A stretch of 54,652 nt of DNA from Dehalococcoidales bacterium. Lineage in GTDB: Bacteria > Chloroflexota > Dehalococcoidia > Dehalococcoidales > RBG-16-60-22. This document shows positions 34,294 through 42,855 of this stretch, piece by piece (position 1 is the stretch's first letter; every line of letters begins with the position of its first letter). The stretch covers positions 1 through 54,652 of the forward strand of contig DAOULO010000050.1 in assembly GCA_034420195.1 (NCBI GenBank), written 5' to 3'. The position numbers and the translations under genes were made by a program. The notes beneath the pieces are model-generated. The model did no database searches, was not told the origin of the DNA, and saw only the letters and a list, made by a program, of their open reading frames with translations.

Positions 34294-35673
34294 TCACGCT
34301 ACCATGAGGGGAATAAGGCGGCGGACGCTGTCCAGCTCCTCCAGGTTTTCCAGCATCGCCAGCAGCTCCGAGGCCTTCTCGCGGCTGATTTTGCCGTTAA
34401 AATCCACGTTCATCCAGAACTTGGCGATGATGTCGTCCGGCGTCATCGGATTGACGCGCGGGTCGCCGCGGGCAATCTCGACGTACTCGGTAAGCTCGCG
34501 GCCGTCCTTGAGGACGATGGTCAGCCGGGCGGCTTCCAGGGGCACGTCCTCAGCGGCGAAGAGCTTGATTTTACTGATGAATTTATTGATGCGCCGGTCG
34601 CGGATGGCCGGCTCGGTGAAGTGCTCCGGTTTGACGCACCCGTAGAGGAGGGCCGTGCCGACGACGTACTGGTAGCTGAAGGCGGCGTTGCCGTGGGGGA
34701 AGGGCCCGATTTTGAAGGGGTGCCCGCAGATGTGGTCGATGCCGCCCGGGGCGACGTAGAGGTCGGCCCTCTTAATGTCGTCGGGTTTAATGGCGTGCTG
34801 TTTGACCAGTGCCAGGGCACAGTCGATGGCGGCGTGGGGGATGCGGCAGCAGGGGTAGGGCTTGATGGTGCCGTCGGCGTAGTAGGCCCGCCCCAGGCCG
34901 CGGGTGAGCGCCTCCGGCTTCTGAGCGCCCTCGGTGAACATCTTGTAGTAGCCGAACCGGCTGAAGAGGGGGTCGACCGGGCCCGTCCAGTCGGCCCTGG
35001 CGAGGCGTGCCGCGAGGATGCCCGCCCGCCCCGAAAGGCCCTGGGGGAGCTTGAAGGCGGTGGTGCCGTCCCAGATTATCTGGAAGGTAGAGCCAATCTG
35101 GTTGAGGACGATGCCGAAGGCGTTTCTCATCTGGGGCTTATCCAGCCCCGTGAGCCGCCCGGCGATGGCCGTCGCCCCGAAGGCGTTGACCGTGCCGGTG
35201 CCGTCCCAGCCCAGCGTGAAGCCGAACCCGGAAGCGGCCAGCAGGCGTGAGGCAATATCGTCGCCGATAAGGAGGGCCGTCATCATCTCCCGGCCGCTGG
35301 CGTTGACGGCCTCGGCCAGGCTCAGGGAGGTGGGCACGGTGGTGCCGCTGATGTGCCCCGGACAGCTGACCCCCTCCACCAGGGGGCTGACCGGCTCAAA
35401 GTCGAAGGAGCGGGCCATGGCGCAGTTGACCAAGGCGGCGCTGCCCGCCGGTACTCGCCCGCCGTGGACGAGGATGGTGGCCTCCTCTTTCCCGCCCTCG
35501 TCGGTGAGGAGAGCGGCCAGCTCGGGGTTGCCGGTATCATTGGCGCCGCCGATGAGGCAGCCCAGCGTATCAATAATGCGGTACTTGGTGGCCTCGCAGA
35601 GGTCTTCGCCGAAGTTCTCGTAGCGCGTGGCGACGACATTGGCGGCGAGCTTCTCGACGGCGGTTTCTTTCAT
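34294..35673 (-). CDS. MmgE/PrpD family protein (2-methylcitrate dehydratase-like)
   Basis: 459 aa. Overall PrpD-like pattern (…DTLGC.IGG......................GT...L.LAEA.N...G....). This is a family-level call only. Confidence 0.8.
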   Translation of the reverse strand: MKETAVEKLAANVVATRYENFGEDLCEATKYRIIDTLGCLIGGANDTGNPELAALLTDEGGKEEATILVHGGRVPAGSAALVNCAMARSFDFEPVSPLVEGVSCPGHISGTTVPTSLSLAEAVNASGREMMTALLIGDDIASRLLAASGFGFTLGWDGTGTVNAFGATAIAGRLTGLDKPQMRNAFGIVLNQIGSTFQIIWDGTTAFKLPQGLSGRAGILAARLARADWTGPVDPLFSRFGYYKMFTEGAQKPEALTRGLGRAYYADGTIKPYPCCRIPHAAIDCALALVKQHAIKPDDIKRADLYVAPGGIDHICGHPFKIGPFPHGNAAFSYQYVVGTALLYGCVKPEHFTEPAIRDRRINKFISKIKLFAAEDVPLEAARLTIVLKDGRELTEYVEIARGDPRVNPMTPDDIIAKFWMNVDFNGKISREKASELLAMLENLEELDSVRRLIPLMVA

Positions 35674-35683
35674 GGGTTTCTCT

Positions 35684-36856
35684 TTACTTCCCGATAACCG
35701 TGGGGCTCTTGCCGGGGGTGGCCAGCTTCTTCACCGCCGCCTCGTTGAGCTCCACGCCCAGTCCGGGGCCATCGGGCGGGTAGAGGTAGCCGCCCTCGTA
35801 GCGGAGGACGTTCACCGCCAGGTCGTCGGGGAGGGGCTGGCTCACCGTGTCGTGGATATTGTAGAGGTTGAGGGGCCCGATGGCCTCCTGCTCGATTTGG
35901 CCCAGCCACTCGGTAGCGGCCAGAAAATGGGCGTTGGCGGCGGCGCCCAGGCCGGAGTCAATCATGCAGCCGCACATGACGATGAGACCGGCCGCCCGGG
36001 CGATGGCCACCCATTTCTGCGACTTATGAATGCCGCCCGCCTTGGGTACCTTGAGGAAAAAGCCGTCCACGGCATCGCGCTGTAATAGCTTGAGCAGGTC
36101 GCTCGGCTCGGCGGCGGCCTCGTCGGCGAAGACGGGCACGTCCACCTTGCGGCGCAGCCTGGCCATCCCGTCGATGTCCCAGTAGGGCACCGGCTGCTCG
36201 GCCAGGAAAAGGTCGTATTTGCCGGCCTCCTTGAGGAACTGAAGCGCCTGTAAATAGTGCCAGCCGCCGTTGGTATCGGTCATGATTTTGATGTCCTTAC
36301 CCACCGCCTGCCTGAGCGCCCCCAGCATCTCCAGGTCTTCGCCGATGGACTTGGCGCCCACCTTGAGCTTCATGCCGCGGAAACCGGCCTTGACCAGGGT
36401 GCGCCCCTCGGCCATCACCTCGTCCGGCGTGCCCGAGGACATGACGAAGGCCAGCGGGATTCTGGGGTTGGAGAGGCCGCCGAGGAGCTGGTAGACCGGC
36501 ACGCCCAGGGCCTTGCCCATGATGTCGTGCAGGGCGTAATCAATGACCGCCTTGGACTGGTTGTTGAGCTTGGCGGCCTTATCCATCCCGGCCACGATTC
36601 GCTCGATGTTGAAGGGGTCTTCGCCGAGGAGAATCTGGAGGCCGTAGACCTTATTGATGTTGTGCATGATGGAGTCCTGGCTTTCACCCATGTACCAGGG
36701 CGAGGTGTCCCCCGTCTCGCAGATGCCGGTTATGCCCTCGTCGGTGTGGATCTTGACGACCACGGAATCGGCACAGTCGGCGGTGCCGCCCCCCATCTTC
36801 ATTGGCTTGGCGAAGGGCATCGAGACAGGGATACACTCGATTTTGGTGATTTTCAT
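35684..36856 (-). CDS. Enolase-superfamily enzyme (mandelate racemase/muconate lactonizing enzyme family)
   Basis: I trimmed the ORF to the ATG at 36856 (MKITKIECIPV...), which follows GGAGGA. It has the KLKVG block, the metal-ligand blocks MTDTNGGW / LAEQP / ADEAA, and a C-terminal ...MCGCMIDSGLG. Confidence 0.88.
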   Translation of the reverse strand: MKITKIECIPVSMPFAKPMKMGGGTADCADSVVVKIHTDEGITGICETGDTSPWYMGESQDSIMHNINKVYGLQILLGEDPFNIERIVAGMDKAAKLNNQSKAVIDYALHDIMGKALGVPVYQLLGGLSNPRIPLAFVMSSGTPDEVMAEGRTLVKAGFRGMKLKVGAKSIGEDLEMLGALRQAVGKDIKIMTDTNGGWHYLQALQFLKEAGKYDLFLAEQPVPYWDIDGMARLRRKVDVPVFADEAAAEPSDLLKLLQRDAVDGFFLKVPKAGGIHKSQKWVAIARAAGLIVMCGCMIDSGLGAAANAHFLAATEWLGQIEQEAIGPLNLYNIHDTVSQPLPDDLAVNVLRYEGGYLYPPDGPGLGVELNEAAVKKLATPGKSPTVIGK

Positions 36857-36950
36857 GGGCTTATCCTCCGGGTGATGTCTGGTGGCGGTCTTAATTGGCG
36901 CTATTTCTGTATAGCACGTCGGGCGCGGGGAAGTCAAACTTATTGATGTA

Positions 36951-37263
36951 CCTCACCCCTCTCCGCAGGCTACTCCCCTTCATCCCGCCCCACCCGTAGA
37001 TATTATTTCCCACCCGGCCCGCCCTGTGGCATCCTGCCACTACTCGCTGGGCTTTCCCCCACCCCCTGGGGAATAATTCTCCCTTATTCCCTCCTTAAGA
37101 AGGAGGGAAACAGATTTGGTCAAAACGCTTGATATCAGGTTTGGTAGAATCATCCTCTCCCTTTGGTAAAGGGAGAGTTAGAGAGGGATTTTTCAGGGCT
37201 AAGCCGCGGATGTGCCAGGGCGGCCTGGGTGGGAATAGATAACACCGTGGGGGTGGGGTGGGA
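36951..37263. repeat. Composite BIME/MITE-like element with inserted small hairpin modules
   Basis: The left end is ..CCCGCCCCACCC..TATTATTTCCCACCCGGCCCGCC. The right end is GGCGGCCTGGGTGGGAATAGATAAC..GGGGGTGGGGTGGG. The interior carries a 23-nt palindrome TTCCCTCCTTAAGAAGGAGGGAA (37087-37109) and a family-E copy (37154-37193). Confidence 0.8.
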
Positions 37264-37356
37264 TTTAGTAGCGTGTGACTAAAGTCATTGTAGCTATTGA
37301 GGGGAAGTGTCCTATAATAAATAGTCTGGGCTAAGTAGCGCGAGGAGGTGACTGGC

Positions 37357-37587
37357 ATGGAAAGCAAGTGCCCCGGTCAGGACATCCGTAACCTGCGGGC
37401 CGCCATATACAAGTGCCCCAACTGCGGCAACGAGGTGGAGATGTTCTCCGACGAGCTCAGGATAAAGTGCAAAAAGTGTGGCGAATATGTCTACAAAGAG
37501 CAGACGCCCTCCTGCATCGACTGGTGCCCCTCGGCACGGCAGTGCCTGGGGGAGGAGCGCTGGAAGGCAATCAAGGGCGAAGTCTAG
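37357..37587 (+). CDS. Small zinc-ribbon / Cys-rich protein
   Basis: The ATG at 37357 lies 7 nt after GGAGGTG. The cysteine pattern is ...CPG....YKCPNCGNEVEMF...IKCKKCGEYVY......C.DWCP...QC. Function unknown. Confidence 0.55.
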   Translation: MESKCPGQDIRNLRAAIYKCPNCGNEVEMFSDELRIKCKKCGEYVYKEQTPSCIDWCPSARQCLGEERWKAIKGEV

Positions 37588-37597
37588 GGAGGTAGCC

Positions 37598-38341
37598 ATG
37601 GTCACCAAGACAGCGAGAAAAATAGTCAAAATCGACGAGGAAAAATGCAACGGCTGCGGCGCCTGCATCATCGCCTGCGCCGAGGGTGCCCTCAAGATTA
37701 TCGACGGCAAGGCGCGCCTCGTCAGCGAGCGATACTGCGACGGCCTGGGTAACTGCCTGGACTGCCCCCAGGGGGCCATCAGCATCGAGGAGCGCCCCGC
37801 CGAGGCCTTCGACGAAGCGGCGGTGGAGGAGCATCTCAAGGTCGCTGAGGCCGAAGCCGAAGATAAGCTCCCCTGCGGCTGCCCTTCGGCGACGGTCACC
37901 CAGTTTGAGCGGCCGGCCGCTGCCCCCGCCCCGGCCCCGGCGACAGCGCCCGCCGAGAGGGTAGGCTCGCGGCTCTCCCACTGGCCGGTGCAGCTGACCC
38001 TCGTCCCGCCGACGGCGCCCTTCCTCAAGGGGGCCGACGTGGTGCTCGCCGCCGACTGCGTGCCCTTTGCCTACGGCGATTTTCACCGCGACTTTCTGGG
38101 GGATAACGCCGCCCTGCTGGTGGCCTGCCCCAAGCTGGATGATTTTGAAGCCCACCAGCAGAAGCTGAACGAGATACTCCAGCAGGCCGGCCTCCGCAGC
38201 CTCACCGTGCTGCGCATGGAGGTGCCCTGCTGCGCCGGGCTGGTGCACATGGCCAAGCAGGCCATGCTGGCCAGCGGCAACATCGTGCCTTTCAAAGAGG
38301 TGACTATCGGCGTCCGGGGCGATATCAAGGCGGCGGCCTAG
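37598..38341 (+). CDS. 4Fe-4S ferredoxin-domain protein with a Cys-containing C-terminal domain
   Basis: I trimmed the ORF to the ATG at 37598, which follows GGGAGG. The N-terminus has CNGCGACIIAC....C....C.DC. The C-terminal domain (...LAADCVPFAY..F......LLVACPKLDD......L.MEVPCCAGL) is uncharacterised. Confidence 0.7.
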   Translation: MVTKTARKIVKIDEEKCNGCGACIIACAEGALKIIDGKARLVSERYCDGLGNCLDCPQGAISIEERPAEAFDEAAVEEHLKVAEAEAEDKLPCGCPSATVTQFERPAAAPAPAPATAPAERVGSRLSHWPVQLTLVPPTAPFLKGADVVLAADCVPFAYGDFHRDFLGDNAALLVACPKLDDFEAHQQKLNEILQQAGLRSLTVLRMEVPCCAGLVHMAKQAMLASGNIVPFKEVTIGVRGDIKAAA

Positions 38342-38901
38342 GCGGCCGCCAGTCTTTTCCCCAGCGCGCGGGCCGCGGCCAGCTGCTCGGGGTGGTCTTT
38401 AATCTCCCCCCGCTTGTCCACGCCCCGGATGAGCAGCTCCTCGGTCATTTCAACATTGATGGCCTGGAAGAAGTAGCGCATCGTCAGCTTGGGCCCGTCG
38501 AAGAGCTTGGCGCCCTTGGTGGCACCGACGGCGATAAAGGCCCCTTTTCTCACCGGTGTATTCAGGTCTTGAAGCACGTATTTCCTGGCCCAAAGCGCCT
38601 GGCAGCGGCTGATGAGCGCCATGAGCTGGGCGCTGACGGTATAGAAGAAGATGGGCGAGACCACGATGACGGCGTCGGCCTGGAGTATCTTGTCGTAGAG
38701 GGGGTCCATGTCGTCGTGGATGGCGCACCGGCCGTCCTTGAGGCAGGTGTAATACTCCTTGCAGGGCCCGATTTTGAGCTTATCGACGATGATTTTCTCG
38801 GTCTCGGCCCCCGCCTCCTGTGCCCCCGCCAGCGCCTCGTCCAGCAGCAGGTCGGAGTTACCCTTGATGCGGGGGCTGCCCATGATGCCCAGGATGTGCA
38901 A
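38338..38901 (-). CDS. NADPH-dependent FMN reductase / iron-sulfur flavoprotein-like flavodoxin-family protein
   Basis: 187 aa. The sequence MHILGIMGSPRIKGNSDLLLDEAL...C..C..C......C...DDM....IL.ADAVIVVSPIFF is Isf-like. Confidence 0.8.
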   Translation of the reverse strand: MHILGIMGSPRIKGNSDLLLDEALAGAQEAGAETEKIIVDKLKIGPCKEYYTCLKDGRCAIHDDMDPLYDKILQADAVIVVSPIFFYTVSAQLMALISRCQALWARKYVLQDLNTPVRKGAFIAVGATKGAKLFDGPKLTMRYFFQAINVEMTEELLIRGVDKRGEIKDHPEQLAAARALGKRLAAA

Positions 38902-38914
38902 GATTGCCTCCCGG

Positions 38915-39103
38915 CTAGCGGCCGTCGCTGAAGAGCTTGCCGCCCAGGGCGACGTTGCCCTCTTTCATCTCGACGATGTCAATCGTGACCGCCTGGGGCG
39001 GGCAGCCGACGTTCTTGACGACGGCCTCGGTGATGTCCTTGGCCAGGCCGCGTTTCTGCTCGGCGGTGCGGCCTTCGATAATCTTGATGGTTACTAGTGG
39101 CAT
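38915..39103 (-). CDS. 4-oxalocrotonate tautomerase family protein
   Basis: 62 aa. It starts MPLVTIKIIEGRTAEQKRGLAKDITEAV, with the catalytic Pro1 after Met removal. Confidence 0.85.
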   Translation of the reverse strand: MPLVTIKIIEGRTAEQKRGLAKDITEAVVKNVGCPPQAVTIDIVEMKEGNVALGGKLFSDGR

Positions 39104-39191
39104 AGGTATCTCCTTCCCGACCGGTTATCTAAGCCAAGTTTAATGCTTCGGCGGGAGGTCAGTCAAATCCGGCGCGGCTTTGGTGGCGCCT

Positions 39192-39518
39192 TTACCCGGC
39201 CCACTTTTCGGCCAGATTGCCCACCCAGGGGACCTTGTACTTCCGGTCCTGCGCCGCCATGACGATGAGGACGACCCACATAATGAAACCGACCACCCCG
39301 CACAGCCAGCGGAGGACTACCCCCAGTACCGGCACCGGCAGGAAAACCAAGCCGACGACGGAAAGTATCCCGAAGACGAGTATCGACTGAAAAGCGTGGA
39401 AGCGGATGAGCCGGTTCTCCGGCTCGATGATGAGGAAAACGACGCCGCTGATCCAGCCCAGGACATAACACAGCAGCGCGGCGATGTTTTCCTGCAAGCC
39501 CGTGGATGTATTGGCCAT
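39192..39518 (-). CDS. DUF4870-type small membrane protein
   Basis: I trimmed the ORF to the ATG at 39518 (MANTSTGLQENIAALLCYVLGWISGVVFLIIE..N..IRFHAFQSI...). It has 3 TM helices. Confidence 0.7.
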   Translation of the reverse strand: MANTSTGLQENIAALLCYVLGWISGVVFLIIEPENRLIRFHAFQSILVFGILSVVGLVFLPVPVLGVVLRWLCGVVGFIMWVVLIVMAAQDRKYKVPWVGNLAEKWAG

Positions 39519-39591
39519 AGCGCTAACCTCCCGCACGATTGGTTTGGAATTAGAATATAACAGCCGGCGGGCGGTGTCAATGGGCGGCGGG

Positions 39592-42500
39592 CTAGATGCG
39601 CCGTATCTTGAGGGCCATGGCCAGGATGACGAGCAGCGCCAAGGTGATGATGAAGAGCAGCCCACCGACGAGGTAGATGGCCCAGCCGGAAATGATAAAG
39701 GAGTTGCCGGGGTCGGGCAAGGAGGTGTCGTCCTGGGCGGGCGGCGGCAGGGCCGACGGCGCTGGCGTTGACGCTGACGACGGCGTGGCGGTGAGGATAA
39801 GGCCGTCCACGGCGGGCGACCTCAGGCTCAGGGCATCGGCGGTTGGCGGAAACTCGGGCGCCGGCGTTTCCTCTGGGGGCGCGGTCGTTTCCGGCGGCGG
39901 TGCCGTGGTGAAGGCGCCCACGGCGCTCCAGATACTCAGCGAGTTATTATTGATGGCCCTGACCTTCCAGTAGTAGGTGGTGGCGTATTCCAGGCCGACG
40001 TCGCACTGCCAGGCATTGCTGGGGAGGGCGTATTCACCCGTCTTGACGATGGCCGGGTGGAGAAAGTCCATGGCCGCGGCCACCAGCAGCTCGTAGGCGG
40101 TGGCCCCGGCGATGGCCGTCCACTGAAAGACCGGTTTCACCGCCACCCCGCTGGCCCCGGCGGGCGGGCTTTCCGGCCGGAGGGCGATGGGCTCGGTATC
40201 CAGGGTGGTGATAAAGGTCTGCGTGGCCGACCAGGGGCTCAGCACCGGGCTGCTGGCTCGCACCCGCCAGCGGTAGGTGGTGTCCGGTTCCAGGGCCGGC
40301 AGGCGGGCGGAGCTGGCGGCGGTGGTCTCCTGAAGCCCGTCGGGGATAGAGGCGAAGCTGGTCCCGGCGGTGCACTGCCACTGGTAGGCGGTGGCCCCCG
40401 GCAGGGTCTCCCAGTCGAGGACGACGTTGCGGATAGTGTGGTCGGTCAGGGTGCCGCCGCCGGTGGTGCCGTCGCCGGGGGAAACGGCCACGACCGGGTC
40501 GGTCAGGGTATCGTTAAAGGTCATCAGCCTGAGGTTGGTAGTATCCACCGACCAGAGGCGGCGGCCCGCCTGCCACAGCCCGGTGAGGGTGGCGTTATCG
40601 GCCAGGCCGCGGGTCACCGTTTCGAAGGTCGGGCCGAGGGGGAAGCTCGGGTTGAGGCAGCGCTCCAGGCCCCCACCGCTGTCGCTGTTGGCGGCGTAGA
40701 GCGTGCCCGTCGGGGATACCTGCAGCCGGTTGAGTTCGGCCCCGGCGGGCAAAGTGCCGTCGATGGCCACCCAGTCGGTGCTGGCGCCGATGACGAAGCG
40801 GGCCACGCCCCCGTCGGCGCTGTCGCTGGCGGCGTAGACGGTGGCGTTTGCGGCGAAGCCGGTATCGAAAGCGACGCTGATGTGGTCGGTAAGCGGCGCG
40901 GCGGCGGCATCTCCCGGCAGGCATTGGAAGGACTCGCCGTTATCGGTAGAATAATAGACCCAGCCGTCGCTGTTGCCGGTAAGGATGGTGCCGTCCTGCG
41001 GGTAGCCGGGGGAGAGGGCGAGGGAGTTGAGGGGCTGGCCGCCGGCCTCGGTCGCGGTGTCGTAGAAGAAGCCGCCATTGTCCGTGCGGTAGACGGTCTG
41101 GTGGCTGGCGACGAAGAGGACGCTGTCGCTGGCGATGGCCCAGGTATCGATGCTGAAGGCGGTGCCGCTAACGGGGTCGTGGGTCAGGCGGCGGCGGAAG
41201 CACTGGCCATCATCCTCGGACTGCCAGAGGGTGGGGCTGCCGTCGCTTTCCCCCGCCGCGAAGACGGTGGCGACACCCGCGCCGTACTGCGGCGGCAGGC
41301 CGACCAAAGTCAGGGTGTCCACCTCACTGAGGTGGCTGGACAGGATGCGCTCCCAGGTGCTGCCGCCGTCCCGGCTGCGCCAGAGGCTGCTATTGCCCCC
41401 GCCGAAGGTAACCATGAAGAGGGTGGTGTCCTGTTCGTAAGCGGGCGAGGGCGCCAGGTCGACGATGGTGCTGATGGCGCCGTCAATCAGCCCCAGCTGG
41501 TTCCAGGTGCCGCCGCCGTCTCGGCTCACCGAAAGGGCGCTGCCGTCGCCGCTGGTGGCGGCGTATATCCGTCCGCTGACGGCGAAATCCGGCGGCATAA
41601 GTGCCACCGTGGCCGACCCGCCGGTCGGCTCTCTCTGGCTCATCGTCCAGGAGGTGCCGCCGTCGCTGCTGAGATAGACCTGGGCGCTCCCGGACGCCCC
41701 GGCCAGAACGGTAGCCGGGTTGCCCCCGCCGGCGGCCAGCCCCCGGATGTCCACATTGGCCTGACCGTAGAGCTGACCGATGTTGAGGTCGATGGCCAGC
41801 GAGGCGGCCGGGGCGTTATTGACGTAGATTTTATACACGTCGCCGGTGCCGGTGCCGGTAGTAATGCCCACGAAGAAATGCCGGATGCCGCCGGGGGTGA
41901 CGGGGTCGTAGCCGCCGGGGAAGGCGACCGCCGCCGGTGAGTCAGCCGCAACGGGAGTGGGCATCCCGGAGTTGTCCCGGTCCAGCCGGGCCGGGCCGAT
42001 GTGGTCGCCCCAGCCGGCATTACCGACTTTACTGGCGACGAAGGTATCGGTCTCGTCGGTGAGGACGGCGGTAAGCTGGCGGTCGTAGTTGTAGCCGGGC
42101 GAGAAGGCCACGGCGCCGACGTCATAATCCCCCACGCCGGTATCCGTCCAGAGCGAGTAGGCATTGGCGGCCTCCAGCGTGTAGACGCCGCCGTACTGGC
42201 CGGCGTCACCGTCGCGGGTGCCGACGGCGATGACATCGCTGCCACCCCAGGCCACCGCCAGCGAGGTGATGACAATATTGCCGCTGCCGGCCCCACCGGG
42301 ATTGGGCGGCAGCCAGGCGAAGGTCTTGCCGCCGTCGCTGGAGCGGTAAACGTCTGAGGCCGTGGCGTAATAGATATTACCGTTATCGCCGGGCGAGACG
42401 GCGATACCGGCGATGTCGTCCTGCACGCCCCCGATGTGCTGCCAGCTGGAGCCGTTATCCACGGAGCGGTAGAGGGTGTAGGTCAGCCCGGCGCAAGCGG

Positions 42501-42771
42501 CGTAAAGGGTGCCGTCGGGGGCGGTCGTCAGGTGGCGGATATCGGAGCCGTCGGCCAGGCCCCAGCCCCCGGCCTCGCCCTGGGTGGGAATGGCGACCCT
42601 TGTCCAGGTAACCGCGTCATCAGCGGCGGCGGGCAGGGCGGGGATAATGGCCCCGAGGCCAAGCAAAGTGATAATCCCGAAGCAAAGGACGTGCCGTCCC
42701 AGGGTGGCTTGGCGGGGGGGCCTGTTCTTTGACACATGGCGAATTCTACTGCTAAATGGTAGGGAAGTCAA
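39592..42771 (-). CDS. Large surface (S-layer-like) protein 1: signal peptide, BNR/Asp-box beta-propeller repeats, two stalk beta-sandwich domains, PT-rich linker, C-terminal TM anchor
   Basis: 1059 aa. The start is uncertain: TTG at 42771 or GTG at 42735, neither with a clear SD. The signal-like segment is LCFGIITLLGLGAIIPALPAAADD. Asp-box motifs are SVDNGSSW, SSDGGKTF, SSDGGTSW, SRDGGGTW, SRDGGSTW and STDNGESF. Two ...AYxW/AYELL...TYRWRVRA/TYYWKVRA...WS..F.T domains follow. The C-terminus is PT-rich, then FIISGWAIYLVGGLLFIITLALLVILAMALKIRRI. Confidence 0.75.
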   Translation of the reverse strand: MTSLPFSSRIRHVSKNRPPRQATLGRHVLCFGIITLLGLGAIIPALPAAADDAVTWTRVAIPTQGEAGGWGLADGSDIRHLTTAPDGTLYAACAGLTYTLYRSVDNGSSWQHIGGVQDDIAGIAVSPGDNGNIYYATASDVYRSSDGGKTFAWLPPNPGGAGSGNIVITSLAVAWGGSDVIAVGTRDGDAGQYGGVYTLEAANAYSLWTDTGVGDYDVGAVAFSPGYNYDRQLTAVLTDETDTFVASKVGNAGWGDHIGPARLDRDNSGMPTPVAADSPAAVAFPGGYDPVTPGGIRHFFVGITTGTGTGDVYKIYVNNAPAASLAIDLNIGQLYGQANVDIRGLAAGGGNPATVLAGASGSAQVYLSSDGGTSWTMSQREPTGGSATVALMPPDFAVSGRIYAATSGDGSALSVSRDGGGTWNQLGLIDGAISTIVDLAPSPAYEQDTTLFMVTFGGGNSSLWRSRDGGSTWERILSSHLSEVDTLTLVGLPPQYGAGVATVFAAGESDGSPTLWQSEDDGQCFRRRLTHDPVSGTAFSIDTWAIASDSVLFVASHQTVYRTDNGGFFYDTATEAGGQPLNSLALSPGYPQDGTILTGNSDGWVYYSTDNGESFQCLPGDAAAAPLTDHISVAFDTGFAANATVYAASDSADGGVARFVIGASTDWVAIDGTLPAGAELNRLQVSPTGTLYAANSDSGGGLERCLNPSFPLGPTFETVTRGLADNATLTGLWQAGRRLWSVDTTNLRLMTFNDTLTDPVVAVSPGDGTTGGGTLTDHTIRNVVLDWETLPGATAYQWQCTAGTSFASIPDGLQETTAASSARLPALEPDTTYRWRVRASSPVLSPWSATQTFITTLDTEPIALRPESPPAGASGVAVKPVFQWTAIAGATAYELLVAAAMDFLHPAIVKTGEYALPSNAWQCDVGLEYATTYYWKVRAINNNSLSIWSAVGAFTTAPPPETTAPPEETPAPEFPPTADALSLRSPAVDGLILTATPSSASTPAPSALPPPAQDDTSLPDPGNSFIISGWAIYLVGGLLFIITLALLVILAMALKIRRI

Positions 42772-42792
42772 TACCTTTGGCGGGGTCTTAAT

Positions 42793-42822
42793 TTGGACAA
42801 ACCGGGGCGGTGATTATATACT
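42793..42822 (+). promoter_or_regulatory. Candidate promoter of moeA
   Basis: TTGGAC (42793-42798), then TATATA/TATACT (42815-42822) after a 16-18 nt spacer. Confidence 0.3.
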
Positions 42823-42855
42823 GGTGTTGAGGAATTTCCCACCGGAGGAGCGACC

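Noticed and set aside
40057-41940. 627-aa plus-strand ORF (and 45641-47023, 460 aa; 44234-44929, 231 aa) inside the surface-protein genes
   Set aside because: These are antisense to ORFs that have signal peptides, Asp-box repeats and TM anchors. The translations are Gly/Arg/Ala-rich low complexity. They are shadow ORFs.
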